From: Vicinamibacteria bacterium
Lineage (GTDB): Bacteria; Acidobacteriota; Vicinamibacteria; Marinacidobacterales; Marinacidobacteraceae
Reading direction: 5' to 3'
NCBI GenBank assembly: GCA_963668695.2
Contig: CAXXLQ010000004.1
Coordinates: forward strand, 1,856,001-1,920,000
Length of the DNA: 64,000 nt
Shown: positions 46,053-56,092 of the stretch, piece after piece
How positions within the stretch are numbered: the first letter of the stretch is position 1
How the letters are laid out: each line of letters opens with the position of its first letter
Translations under genes and position numbers: made by a program
Notes under the pieces: model-generated
Database searches by the model: none
Told to the model about the DNA's origin: nothing
Seen by the model: the letters and a program-made list of their open reading frames with translations, nothing else

Positions 46053-49000
46053 ATGCCGGATCGATACCCCACCCGTCTCGCTCTCTGGCTGGCCCTGGGC
46101 CTCCTGCCGCTGGTCCCGGAGGCCGTCCCCGCGCAGCCGGTTACCCCGGACCCCGCGCACCTGAGTGGTCTCCAGTGGCGCACCATCGGCCCCGACGGGA
46201 ACCGGCTGAGCGCCGCCACCGGGGAATGGGGCAACCCCGATGTCATCTACTTCGGGGCGGCTTCGGGCGGCATCTGGAAGAGCAGCGACCGCGGGATCAA
46301 CTGGGAGCCGGTCTTCGACGACCAGGATGCCGCCTCGATCAGCGCCCTGGCCGTGTCCCCTTCGCACTCCGGCCACGTGTGGGCCGGCACCGGGGAGACG
46401 TTCATCATCCGTCCGGCGCTCGCCATGGGGAACGGCGTCTACCGCTCCACCGACGGCGGCCGCTCCTTCCATCATCGGGGCCTCGAGGCCACCGGACGCA
46501 TCGCCCGCATCCTGGTCCATCCGGAAGATCCGGATCTGGTGTACGCCTGCGCGCTCGGCCACTCCTACGCGCCGCAGCCGGAGCGCGGCGTCTATCGCAC
46601 CCGGGACGGCGGGGCGAACTGGGAGTTGGTCCTTCACGTGGACGAGAACACCGGCTGTTCCGACCTGGCGATGGACCTCCGTCACCCCGAGCGGCTGCTC
46701 GCCGGGATGTGGCAGCTCCAGATCAACACCGGCGGCCTGCGAAGCGGCGGCCCGGGAAGCGGCGTGTACCGCTCCCGAGACGGCGGCGATACGTGGGAAC
46801 GGCTCTCCGGCGCGAAATCGAACGAGGAGGGCGCCACTGGCGGGGGTAGGGCACTGCCGGGCGGAGAGGCGCACCCCGTCGGCAAGGTCGCGGTGGGGAT
46901 CGCCCCGAGCGACCCCGACCGCTGGTACGCCCTGATCGAGGACGAGAGTCCCGGCTTCTACCGTTCCGATGACGGCGGCGACGCCTGGCGGCTCATGATC
47001 ACCCACCACGACCTCGCCGAACGCGCTCCCTACTACGTCCGGCTCGCGGTGGACTCGGCGGACGCCGACCGCGTCTACTTCGCCTCTGTGCTCTTCAGCA
47101 TCACGGTGGATGGGGGCCGCACCCTGGTCGAGACGTCATACCGCGCCGGCGGCGACAACCACGACGTCTGGGTGGATCCGTGGATGCCGGAGCGCATCCT
47201 GGTCGGCCACGATGGCGGCGGCAGCATCTCCGAGAACCGCGGGGAAAGCTGGCGCCGGGTGGTTCCGCCGGTCGCCCAGATGTACCACGTCACGGTCGAT
47301 GACCGGATCCCCTACCGGGTGTACGGAAACCGCCAGGACGGCTACTCCTACCGGGGGCCGAGCCGCACGAGCGGCGGCGGGATCCCGCTTGGGCTCTGGG
47401 AGGGGGTCGGCGGCTGCGAGAGCGGTTGGGCTACCCCGGAACCCCACGACGACAACGTCGTCTGGTCCGGCTGCTACGACGGTGGGCTGGAGGTGTACGA
47501 CGACCGCACCGGCCACGTCCGCGACGTGCGGGTGTGGCCGGAAGCCGGGTACGGCTGGGCGCCCGCGGACCTGAAAGTCCGCTGGCACTGGAACTTTCCG
47601 ATGGTCCTCTCGCGCCACGAGCCCGGAACGACCTGGGTCGGAAGTCAGTTCGTGCACGAGAGCAGCAATCGCGGCCAGTCGTGGAACACCATCAGCCCCG
47701 ATCTCACCACGAACGACAAGGCCCGCCAGCAGGACTCCGGCGGCGTCACCGTGGACAACCTGTACACCTTTGACGGTTCGGTGCTCTTCGCCCTCGCGGA
47801 GTCTCCCGGGCAGGCCGGTCGGCTCTGGGCCGGAAGCGTGGACGGGAAGGTTCACGTGACGACCGACGGAGGCGAGACCTGGCTCGACCGGAGCGGGAAC
47901 GTGCCGGGGCTCGACCAGGACGGTTGGATCAAGTTCATCGAGCCCTCCCACCACGATCCGGAAAAGGCCTACGTGGCGGTGAGCTGGCACCAGTCCGGCG
48001 ACTTCCGCCCGCACATCTTCCGCACCCGGGATCTCGGCGAGAGCTGGGAACGGATCAGCGGCGGGATCCCCGAGTCGCCCTTCTCGTTCGTCCACGTGGT
48101 CCGGGAGGACCGCGCACGGGCGGGTGTCTTGTTCGCCGGCACCGACAATCGGGTCTGGGCCAGCCTCGACGACGGAGCTTCCTGGTTCTCGCTCCAACTT
48201 GACATGCCTCCGGCCCCGATCTACGGAATCGTCATCCAGGAACGCTTCGACGACCTGGTGGTCGCGACCTACGGCCGGGGCTTTTTCATCCTCGACGGCA
48301 TCGGGCCGCTCCGGGGCCTTGCCGAGGCCTCCGGCGAAAAGCTCCGGGTTTTCGATTCGCCGGTTGCGTGGAGGTTCCTGCCCCGTCAGTCCATCAAGTC
48401 CGAACCCGGCAGCCTGGTGACCGGCCGAAACCCTCCCTATGGCGCCGCGATTTCCTGGTGGCTCGATGAGGATGCCGCGGCGGCCAGCGCCGAGGTGGCC
48501 ATTGTGGACGGCGAAGGCGAGGTGGTGCGCACCCTCCAGGGCCCCGGTGAAACCGGTCTCTCGCGGGTCACCTGGGATCTCCGCGGCGAGACTCCCGAAC
48601 GAGCGGTGCTTCGTACCCGGCCCCCCGACCGGGATTGGGTGGAACTCGGCGAGGACGGCGAGCGCCGGATACGGACCTGGGACCTCGATATCTTCCCCGG
48701 CTACCGCGGGCTGCTGCTGCCCCCCGGGTCCTACACCGCCCGGGTCACGGCGGGGGACCACACGGCCGAAACCACGCTGCAGGTGGAAGCCGATCCGGCG
48801 TCCGCCGCGACCCCCGACGACATCCTGGCCAAGTACGAGTTTCTGGACGCCATCCACGCCCAGTTGAACGAACTGGCGGAGATGGTGGACGAACTCGAGT
48901 GGGTGCGCCGGGAGATCGAGGGACTCCAGGAGCGCCACGCCGGCGATGAACGGTTCCGGGCCGTGCTCGAGAGCGCCGGGGAGATCGCGGGAACGGCCAT

Positions 49001-49274
49001 CGCCATCGAAGGGCGATTCTTCGACGTGGGGCTCACCGGGGCCCGCGAGGACGCCTTCCGGGCGCCGATGCGTCTCTTCGGGCGCCTCGGCGCCCTCGCG
49101 AACGACGCCGGCTGGGACGGCGCCGATTTCGCACCGACCGACCAGCAGCGGGAAGTCCACGAGATCCTCAGCGAGCGCTTCGAGACTGCCCGCGCGGAGT
49201 ACCGCCGGTTGATGGCGACGCAACTGCCACCCTTCTGGCAGGCGCTTGCCGAGGCGCGGGGAAGCAGCCCGTGA
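46053..49274 (+). CDS. BNR/Asp-box (VPS10/sortilin-like) repeat protein, putative glycosyl hydrolase
   Basis: LQWRTIGP, repeated S.DGG.TW Asp-boxes, DLVVATYGRGFFILD; stop codon lies inside the MITE end. Confidence 0.85.
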   Translation: MPDRYPTRLALWLALGLLPLVPEAVPAQPVTPDPAHLSGLQWRTIGPDGNRLSAATGEWGNPDVIYFGAASGGIWKSSDRGINWEPVFDDQDAASISALAVSPSHSGHVWAGTGETFIIRPALAMGNGVYRSTDGGRSFHHRGLEATGRIARILVHPEDPDLVYACALGHSYAPQPERGVYRTRDGGANWELVLHVDENTGCSDLAMDLRHPERLLAGMWQLQINTGGLRSGGPGSGVYRSRDGGDTWERLSGAKSNEEGATGGGRALPGGEAHPVGKVAVGIAPSDPDRWYALIEDESPGFYRSDDGGDAWRLMITHHDLAERAPYYVRLAVDSADADRVYFASVLFSITVDGGRTLVETSYRAGGDNHDVWVDPWMPERILVGHDGGGSISENRGESWRRVVPPVAQMYHVTVDDRIPYRVYGNRQDGYSYRGPSRTSGGGIPLGLWEGVGGCESGWATPEPHDDNVVWSGCYDGGLEVYDDRTGHVRDVRVWPEAGYGWAPADLKVRWHWNFPMVLSRHEPGTTWVGSQFVHESSNRGQSWNTISPDLTTNDKARQQDSGGVTVDNLYTFDGSVLFALAESPGQAGRLWAGSVDGKVHVTTDGGETWLDRSGNVPGLDQDGWIKFIEPSHHDPEKAYVAVSWHQSGDFRPHIFRTRDLGESWERISGGIPESPFSFVHVVREDRARAGVLFAGTDNRVWASLDDGASWFSLQLDMPPAPIYGIVIQERFDDLVVATYGRGFFILDGIGPLRGLAEASGEKLRVFDSPVAWRFLPRQSIKSEPGSLVTGRNPPYGAAISWWLDEDAAAASAEVAIVDGEGEVVRTLQGPGETGLSRVTWDLRGETPERAVLRTRPPDRDWVELGEDGERRIRTWDLDIFPGYRGLLLPPGSYTARVTAGDHTAETTLQVEADPASAATPDDILAKYEFLDAIHAQLNELAEMVDELEWVRREIEGLQERHAGDERFRAVLESAGEIAGTAIAIEGRFFDVGLTGAREDAFRAPMRLFGRLGALANDAGWDGADFAPTDQQREVHEILSERFETARAEYRRLMATQLPPFWQALAEARGSSP

Positions 49275-49479
49275 ACAAAGTCACGCGGCCCAGTTCTCCC
49301 GGTGGGGGCTCGAGCGGCGATCCATCCCGGCTGAACCGCCCCGCTTCGCGGGGCTCTGCGTTGCGCTTCGGTCGAAATACGCTCGGGCCAGTTCTCCCGG
49401 TGGGGGCTCCTCCCTCGCGCGCCTTGTCAGCCCGGCGCCTCGCCACTCTCGGCGCTCACGCGACTCTATCCACAGGCTG
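49265..49479. mobile_element. MITE-like element copy 5 (inverted)
   Basis: CAGCCCGTGAACAAAGT ... ACTCTATCCACAGGCTG; core is the reverse complement of copies 1, 2 and 4; target duplication not preserved. Confidence 0.75.
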
Positions 49480-49507
49480 CAGAGGAGGCGCCTCGCGCTG
49501 AGTCCCG

Positions 49508-51244
49508 ATGGCGGAAGAGCGCTCCCGTTTCGGGGTCTACAACCTGGCGGCGGCGGCCGCTCTTCTCGGTTACGGCTGGTTCGCCGCCGCCTACGGCCCC
49601 GATGGTTCCTTCCCCGGATCGGACTTCGGCTCGCTCGCCTACGGGCTCTCCCGGCAGGGACTCTGGCTGGTTCCGGTCGGGATCCTGATTCCCCTGGTTC
49701 TCCCCCGGGTGCGGAGCGTGATCACCGGGTTCTTCCTGGTCCTGCTCCCCTCGCTCGCGATCGGAGCCGTGCTGACCGCCCTGGTGGTGGCCGCACCGGA
49801 CGCCGCTCCCTGGCGGGTGCTGGAGAGCTTCGTGGTTCCGGACCTGGCGGCGCTCCTCGCGCCGCTGACCGGGATGTTCGTCGGCGTGCTGTTCGGCGCC
49901 GTCGTCGCCCGGGGACTCGGTTCGGCGCTGCTGCTGATCCCGGCGCTCATCGCGATCGCCGCCGTCCTTCTCGCGAGTGTCGCCGTGCTGCTCCTGGTGC
50001 TCACCGATCGGGTCGCGGTGACGGACCCCATCGGGCCCCCGGGATCGCCGGACGGGCAGTACCAGGATGCGTTCGCCGACTTCTATCGGCAGGGAGCGCC
50101 CGGCGCCGAGGCGACCCTGGGCGCCGCCACCTTCGCGGCCGGTTTCCGATTGGCGCTCGCGGCCGTTGGGGTGGAACCCGGAATGCGGCTCCGGGCGGCG
50201 CCGGCCGGCGATTCGATGGAAATCTCCGGGTCCATTCCGGTTTCGGTTCCGGTGTTCGGCGAACGCTTCCTGAACATCGCGGCGACGGCTCAGCCCACCG
50301 TCCAGGACGGGGAGTTCCGGGCCGGTTTCCGTTCCCTGCGGATTGGGGGGATCGAAGCGCCGTCGGTGCTCGTCCGACCCTCTTCGCGGATCCTGTCGCA
50401 CTGGCTTCGGCGTAGTGCCGCGGTGGCGGCCCTCCTCGCGCCCTTCGATGAGGTCCGGGTAGCGGATTCGACGATCGTCGTGCGCTGGAGCGAAGGGGCG
50501 GATACCACCGCGGGCGTCCAGTCCCGGGTGGGCAGCTACCTCACGCTGCTCGCCCGCGACGCTGACCTCCTGCGCAAACAGCCGGACCCGACGGCGGCGG
50601 TGTTGCGGCGCACGTTCGCCCTCGCCGCGGTCCGTTCGGTGGGAGGTAATGCGGCGGTCGAAAACCGTGCGGCGCTTCTCGCCCTCGGGGGTGCGTTCGG
50701 GCATCCCTCGCTGCTTGACCTCGCCCGGGTCCCCGGTGGCGGGGAAGAAGCCCGCGGGCTGTTGGACCGCCTCCCACTCAGCCTGCACGGGCGCCGGGAC
50801 TGGGCGCGGCATTTCTTCCTGAGCGCCGGAATCGTGCAGGTGGCGCCCGACGGGGTTTCCGGTGGGGCCGGACTCCTGAAGGAGCAACTCGACGCCGCGG
50901 CCGGGGGCACCGGGTTCTCGTTCGCCGATCTGCTCATGGATGCGGCGGGGACCCGCTTCGGGCTCGCCGCCACCGGCGACGCGGCTGGCGCCCGCTGGAT
51001 TCAGGTCCGGCTCGCCAACGGGGTCCGGGAAGACGACCTCGCGCCAGGCGACGCGGGCCTGCCCGAGGGGCTGAGCGCCGCCCGGCTGGAAGCCGAATTC
51101 GGCGGGGTAGGGGGAGAAGGCTTCCGGGTCGTCGAGGCGGAGATTTCCCGCCGGGTGGACGCGCTCCCGCTCTATCGAATGCGGCTTCCCGAGGCGGCGG
51201 ACGGCGTAGGCATCCCATCGGGTACGCTGCCCGGGACTCCATGA
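49508..51244 (+). CDS. Uncharacterised membrane protein (N-terminal TM domain, C-terminal soluble domain)
   Basis: About five N-terminal TM helices; RRDWARHFFLSAG...KEQLDA...GFSFADL..DAAG motif. Confidence 0.7.
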   Translation: MAEERSRFGVYNLAAAAALLGYGWFAAAYGPDGSFPGSDFGSLAYGLSRQGLWLVPVGILIPLVLPRVRSVITGFFLVLLPSLAIGAVLTALVVAAPDAAPWRVLESFVVPDLAALLAPLTGMFVGVLFGAVVARGLGSALLLIPALIAIAAVLLASVAVLLLVLTDRVAVTDPIGPPGSPDGQYQDAFADFYRQGAPGAEATLGAATFAAGFRLALAAVGVEPGMRLRAAPAGDSMEISGSIPVSVPVFGERFLNIAATAQPTVQDGEFRAGFRSLRIGGIEAPSVLVRPSSRILSHWLRRSAAVAALLAPFDEVRVADSTIVVRWSEGADTTAGVQSRVGSYLTLLARDADLLRKQPDPTAAVLRRTFALAAVRSVGGNAAVENRAALLALGGAFGHPSLLDLARVPGGGEEARGLLDRLPLSLHGRRDWARHFFLSAGIVQVAPDGVSGGAGLLKEQLDAAAGGTGFSFADLLMDAAGTRFGLAATGDAAGARWIQVRLANGVREDDLAPGDAGLPEGLSAARLEAEFGGVGGEGFRVVEAEISRRVDALPLYRMRLPEAADGVGIPSGTLPGTP

Positions 51245-51311
51245 GGCTGATCCGTCGAGCGCGCTGCCCGAACGAGAGTCGGGCGTATTCCCGTGCGGAG
51301 TAGGGTTGGGT

Positions 51312-52419
51312 GATGGCAGACAACACGGTGTCGCTGCTCGACAGTTGGGAGAGCGAAGTCCAGGCGGCGTGGCTCTACCTGGTTCTCGCTGAGGTCGAGA
51401 CCGGCGAGAACAAGCGCCTCTTCCAAGCGCTCTCGGTGGACGCGCTCGAGCAGAGCAAGGCGTGGGTCAAGGCGATCGAGGAGGCGGGCGGTTCGCCCCC
51501 GGGCCCCTACGAGGCGACTTTCCGGGTGCGGCTCGTGGGAACGCTGATTCGGCGCATCGGTCCGCGGTCCCTGCTGCCGGCGCTCGCCGCTCTCAAGGTT
51601 CGCGGTCTCTCGGTGTATCGCTCTGCGCCGTCCAGCCTCGAGGTGCTGCTCGCGCGCGAAACCGGCTCACCCGGGCGGGCGGAGTCCCGCGACCACCTGC
51701 TCGGCGAGGAGCAGCGCCACCTTTACACGCGCGGGGCGGTGGCGCTCCACGCGGCGATCTTCGGGGTCAATGACGGGCTGGTCTCGAACACGGCGCTGAT
51801 CCTGGCGGCCAGCGGGGCCGGCGCCGCTCCCGGGACCGCGTTGCTCATCGGCGCCGCCGGAATGCTGGCGGGGGCAGTGTCCATGGCGGCCGGGGAGTAC
51901 CTGGGAGTCCGTTCCCGTATCGAGCTCTTTGAGCGCCAGATCGCCCTCGAGGAAGAGGAGCTGCGGCTCTACCCGGACGACGAGGCCGAGGAACTGGCCA
52001 TGATCTTCGAGGCGCGCGGGCTTGAACGCGACACGGCGCGGGAGCTCGGGAAGCGTCTCATCAGCGAACCGGCGCGGGCGCTCGACCTCCTGACGCGCGA
52101 GGAGCTCGGGCTGAACCCGGATGACCTCGGCTCGCCCTGGGCGTCGGCGCTGGCCTCGCTCCTCAGCTTCGGGGGCGGAGCGCTGGTCCCGCTTCTCCCG
52201 CTTGCCCTGCTTCCGGCAGCCGGTCTGGGGAGCGGCGCTGCGCTGGCAGGCGCCGTGGCCCTGAGCGGGGTGGCGCTCTTCGTGTCGGGGGCCGCGACCA
52301 GTCTCTTCACCGGACGTTCCGGACTCCGCAGCGGGCTTCGGCTCGCATTGGTGGGTCTCGTGCTGTCGGGCGTTCTCTACGGCCTCGGGCTTGTCGCCAG
52401 GGCGAGCCTCGGCGCCTGA
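51312..52419 (+). CDS. VIT1/CCC1-family Fe/Mn transporter with N-terminal ferritin-like region
   Basis: AAIFGVNDGLVSN, AGAVSMAAGEY and REELGL motifs; N-terminal E..AA.LY..LA. Exact start uncertain (GTG/ATG near 51310). Confidence 0.85.
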
Positions 52420-52432
52420 CCCGGAGTCAGCC

Positions 52433-53329
52433 ATGGTTCGCGGTTCGCGGCGCGATTTCGGCCGCGCGGCGCTGCGGTGCGGTCTGGCGCCTCTCCTCCT
52501 GCTTGCGGTGGCGGCGGGGTGCGGGTCGGACGCCGATCCGGCCCCCACCATCCCGCCGCCTCCAGAGCCACCTCCGGTCGGGCCACCGCCGGACACGCTG
52601 GACCTTCCCGATGACCCCGGAGTGTTTTTTCTCGAGATCTGGGAGGGTCCGGGTTTCGTCCCCATCGAGTACCGGTGGGGGCGGCCGCCCCGCTACGCGC
52701 TGACCGTCGGAGGCGATTTCTTCTACGAGAGGCCGACGATCGAGATCTTTCCCGGTCCGCTCCTCCCGAACATTCAGCGTGGACAACTGACCGACGAAGA
52801 TCTCGGCTCGGTCATCGAAGCGACGGCAGCAACCGGGATTTCCGTGGTTGGGGAAGAGAACATTCAGCAACCCACCACCGGTCCCTTCATCGCCGATGCG
52901 CCGACCTACGAGATTCTGCTGCGCGACCGGCGGGGTTCGCACCTTCTGCGCATCGAGGCGCTCGGTTCCGAAGCGCACACCGATCCCCGGGTAGCTTCCG
53001 TCAAGGAACTGATGCAGCGGCTCGACCTCGCGACCGCGGAGACCGCCGCTGAGACCTATGACGGAGAGCGCCTGCAGGTGTACGCGAGCGCGACCCCGAT
53101 GCTGCCCGACCCGTCAGTGCTCGACGAGCGACCCTGGCCGCTCCCGGATCCGCCTCCCGCCGACGATGTGGAAGATTTCGAGTGCCGGGTGTACGAGGGG
53201 CAGGTCGCCGCCGGTCTGCTCGAAACCTTCAGCGACGCCAACCACGGAACGCGGTGGGAGTTCCAGGGAACCCTCCGTCAGCTCCTCGCCCGCTCCCTCC
53301 TCCCGCGCGAAGAACCCTGCGTCCGCTAG
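52433..53329 (+). CDS. Uncharacterised lipoprotein
   Basis: Lipobox AAGC, Pro-rich linker, GPGFVP, IFPGPLLPN, IADAPT and terminal RSLLP...C motifs. Confidence 0.75.
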   Translation: MVRGSRRDFGRAALRCGLAPLLLLAVAAGCGSDADPAPTIPPPPEPPPVGPPPDTLDLPDDPGVFFLEIWEGPGFVPIEYRWGRPPRYALTVGGDFFYERPTIEIFPGPLLPNIQRGQLTDEDLGSVIEATAATGISVVGEENIQQPTTGPFIADAPTYEILLRDRRGSHLLRIEALGSEAHTDPRVASVKELMQRLDLATAETAAETYDGERLQVYASATPMLPDPSVLDERPWPLPDPPPADDVEDFECRVYEGQVAAGLLETFSDANHGTRWEFQGTLRQLLARSLLPREEPCVR

Positions 53330-53694
53330 CCACGGTCGAGCGGATCGGAGGCGGCGTGGCGCCGCCGACGCCGTCCATGCTCCTTGGCTCCCGGTTCACG
53401 ATCACGGCGGGTGGCTCCTCTCATCGACCTCTACCAACTACTCGACCGCCTCGCCCAGCACGGAGAGAGCGAGCCCCACGCCGGCGAACGGATCGAGGTC
53501 TTCGTGGTGGGATATGCGGGCCCGCCGGCTCGGGGGGCCATACCTGCGACACTTACGAAGGCGAATCGGCTGCCAACCTGCGGTCGACTTTCGAAGAGGA
53601 GTTCAACAGCGCCCGATGGAACTACGAAGGAATCTGGTATCAGATCCTCGCGCGCTCGCTGTTGCCCGGGGAGGCGGGGTGCGGGCAGTGGTGA
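53326..53694 (+). pseudogene. Internally deleted, frameshifted paralog of the preceding lipoprotein
   Basis: Segments RRVAPLIDLYQLLDRLA...GERIEVFV and CDTYEGESAANL..TF...RWNYEG....ILARSLLPGEAGC align by eye with 52433..53329, in different frames. Confidence 0.7.
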
Positions 53695-55226
53695 CGTCCG
53701 GCGATCGCGTCCGGGTCTCAGCGGCGGTCCCGCTGCTCCTCGCGGCGGCCCTTTCCGCGGCGCCGCCCGTCTCGGGGGAGGAGACGTTCGACGCCGAAGC
53801 GTTCCACCGCTATGTCGAGCAGGCGGTCTCCGACTGGAAGGCCACGGGGCTGGCGGTCGCGGTAGTGCGGGGGCAGGAACTCCTCTTTGCGCGCGGCTAC
53901 GGCGTTGTCGAACTCGGGGAACCGTCAGCCGTGGACGAGGACACCCTGTTCGCGATCGGCTCAACCACCAAGGCGATGACCGCGGCCGCGCTCGGCATCC
54001 TGGTGGACGAGGGGAAACTGGACTGGGACGACCCGGTGCGCCGGCACATTCCCGAGTTCGAAGTCGGAGATCCCTGGGTGAGCGAGGCGATGACGGTGCG
54101 GGATCTCCTGACCCACCGGGGCGGCCTGCCGAACACCGACGTCTTCTGGTACGGCCAGCAGACCGACGTGGACGAGATGCTGTCGCGGCTGCGTCACGTC
54201 GAGCCGGCCTACTCGATGCGGTCGGGTTTCATCTACCAAAACGTCATGTACGCGACCGCCGGCGAGGTGGTGAAGCGCGTGTCGGGGATGCCGTGGCACG
54301 ACTTCGTGGACTCCCGCATCTTCGACCGGTTGGGGATGGATCGGACGGTGCCGCTGATTTCCCTTACCCGGGGCCGTGACAACGTCGCCTCGCCCCACCA
54401 CGTCGTGGACGGTGAAACCGTAGTCATCGAGAACGCTCCGGTGGACTCGGTCGCCGCGGCGGGATCGGTATGGAGTTCGGTCCGCGAGATGTCCCTCTGG
54501 TTGCGGATGCTGCTCGCCTCGGGAGTGGCGGCCGACGGAACCCGGATCCTGAGCGAAGACGTCGTCGAGGAGATGTTCCGCCCGCAGTCGCTCGTGGACC
54601 GTGCCGGGTTCTATCCGACCCAGCGCCTCACGAAGCCCAAGTGGGTGACCTACGGATTCGGCTGGTTCCAGCAGGATTACGACGGACACGCCGTGGACTT
54701 CCACACCGGGAGCATTGACGGGATGGTGGCCATCGCCGGACTCATCCGCGACGAGGGGGTCGGGGTCTATGTCCTCGGGAACCGCGACCATGTGGAGGTT
54801 CGGCACGCGCTCATGCTGCGGGCCTTCGATGCGCTCCTCGGATCCCCGTCCCGCGATTGGAGCGCCGAACTTCGCGAGCTCTACGACGGCCTCGCCGCAG
54901 CCCAGCAGAAGGCCCTGGAGGGGCTGCGCGCGGCGCGGGTCGAGGGCACCCGTCCTCATCTCGATCCGGCGGGCTACGCCGGAACCTACCGCCACGAGGT
55001 CGGGGGCGAGATCGTCGTGAAGGCGGACGGTGAGGGTCTCCGGCTCGATTACGGCCCGGGCCTTCGGGGCCCGCTCACCCACTGGAGCCACGAGACGTTC
55101 CGGGTCGCCTGGGACGCCCGCTGGCGGGGCGAGGCGCTGATCACGTTTCATCTCGACCCCGCGGGAAACCCGGCGGCCCTTTCCCTCGGGGAAACGCGCT
55201 TCCGGCGGATAGCCGATGCGCCTTGA
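53691..55226 (+). CDS. Serine hydrolase (beta-lactamase/AmpC-like family) with DUF3471-like C-terminus
   Basis: IGSTTK (SxxK), DLLTHRGG, YQN (YxN) and HTGS motifs; start at GTG 53691. Confidence 0.9.
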   Translation: MTSGDRVRVSAAVPLLLAAALSAAPPVSGEETFDAEAFHRYVEQAVSDWKATGLAVAVVRGQELLFARGYGVVELGEPSAVDEDTLFAIGSTTKAMTAAALGILVDEGKLDWDDPVRRHIPEFEVGDPWVSEAMTVRDLLTHRGGLPNTDVFWYGQQTDVDEMLSRLRHVEPAYSMRSGFIYQNVMYATAGEVVKRVSGMPWHDFVDSRIFDRLGMDRTVPLISLTRGRDNVASPHHVVDGETVVIENAPVDSVAAAGSVWSSVREMSLWLRMLLASGVAADGTRILSEDVVEEMFRPQSLVDRAGFYPTQRLTKPKWVTYGFGWFQQDYDGHAVDFHTGSIDGMVAIAGLIRDEGVGVYVLGNRDHVEVRHALMLRAFDALLGSPSRDWSAELRELYDGLAAAQQKALEGLRAARVEGTRPHLDPAGYAGTYRHEVGGEIVVKADGEGLRLDYGPGLRGPLTHWSHETFRVAWDARWRGEALITFHLDPAGNPAALSLGETRFRRIADAP

Positions 55227-55263
55227 TCGGGGTGCCACCTGGAAATAAGCTCCCGGGAAGAAC

Positions 55264-55416
55264 ATGGAATCCGATACCAGCTTTTGGCAGCGTTTGCCCG
55301 GCGCGGACAGCCGCATCGTGCAGCGATTGGCCGGCGCGGCCTTCTTCTTCTTCCTCATCAAGGGTCTGATCTGGCTCGGCATCGTGGCCGTCGCGGCATG
55401 GGCTGTCATCCGGTGA
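55264..55416 (+). CDS. 50-aa single-TM small protein missing from the ORF track
   Basis: MESDTSFWQRLPGADSRIVQRLAGAAFFFFLIKGLIWLGIVAVAAWAVIR*; GTGA overlap with the heme oxygenase frame. Confidence 0.75.
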   Translation: MESDTSFWQRLPGADSRIVQRLAGAAFFFFLIKGLIWLGIVAVAAWAVIR

Positions 55417-55421
55417 GCGTC

Positions 55422-56063
55422 ATGGCGGACGGGCTGGCGGACGGGCTGGCGGACGGGTTGGCGGACCGGCTCAAGGCGGCCACCGCGGACCAGCACGCCG
55501 CGGCGGAAAACCACGTGTTCCAGCGCGGCTTGGTTCGCGGGCAGGTCTCCCGCACGGCGCTCGCCGAGCACCAGTGCGGGCTGCTCGGGCTCGTTCGCCT
55601 TATCCAGGCGCAGCTCCTCGCTCAGGGGCCCGACTGGCTCTGCTTCGCCGACGCGATGGGCGGCCACGCCGAAAGGCTGGCGCTCGATCTGAAGAGTCTC
55701 GGCGCCGGTCTCCCGCGGTCCCCCTCCCGGGCGGTTCTCCGCTTCGCGGAGGCGCTGGGCGCGTCCTGGAGTCCGGAAGCCGCCCTCGGCGCCTTCTACG
55801 TGATCGAAGGCTCGATGAACGGCAACCGTTTCATCGGGCGGGCGGTGGCCGAAGAGCGCCCGGACCTGGCGGAGAGTCTTCGCTACTTCGACCCCTACGG
55901 TAAGGACCAGCGGGCGCGCTGGCGCGAGTTCCGGAGCGCCATCGACCGCATCGGGCGCACGCTCCGCTTCCCGGACGAAGCCGTTCGTGCCGCCCGGCAG
56001 ACTTTTATCGTGGCGGGAGAGCTGGCGGGCGAAGCCCAGGCCGCCGAGGTGGCGGCTGCCTGA
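55422..56063 (+). CDS. Biliverdin-producing heme oxygenase
   Basis: RLKAATADQHAAAE (proximal His), LGAFYVIEGSMNG, YFDPYG and W.EF motifs. Confidence 0.85.
   Translation: MADGLADGLADGLADRLKAATADQHAAAENHVFQRGLVRGQVSRTALAEHQCGLLGLVRLIQAQLLAQGPDWLCFADAMGGHAERLALDLKSLGAGLPRSPSRAVLRFAEALGASWSPEAALGAFYVIEGSMNGNRFIGRAVAEERPDLAESLRYFDPYGKDQRARWREFRSAIDRIGRTLRFPDEAVRAARQTFIVAGELAGEAQAAEVAAA
55423..55466 (+). repeat. In-frame 12-bp tandem repeat (TGGCGGACGGGY x~3.7; ADGL)
   Basis: Seen directly. Confidence 0.85.
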
Positions 56064-56092
56064 GCCGGCGGGGAACTGCGGGCAGGCCGGCG

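Noticed and set aside
53691-55226. Calling the serine hydrolase an antibiotic-resistance beta-lactamase
   Set aside because: SxxK/YxN/HTG with a DUF3471-like tail marks a broad peptidase/esterase family; nothing shows resistance function.
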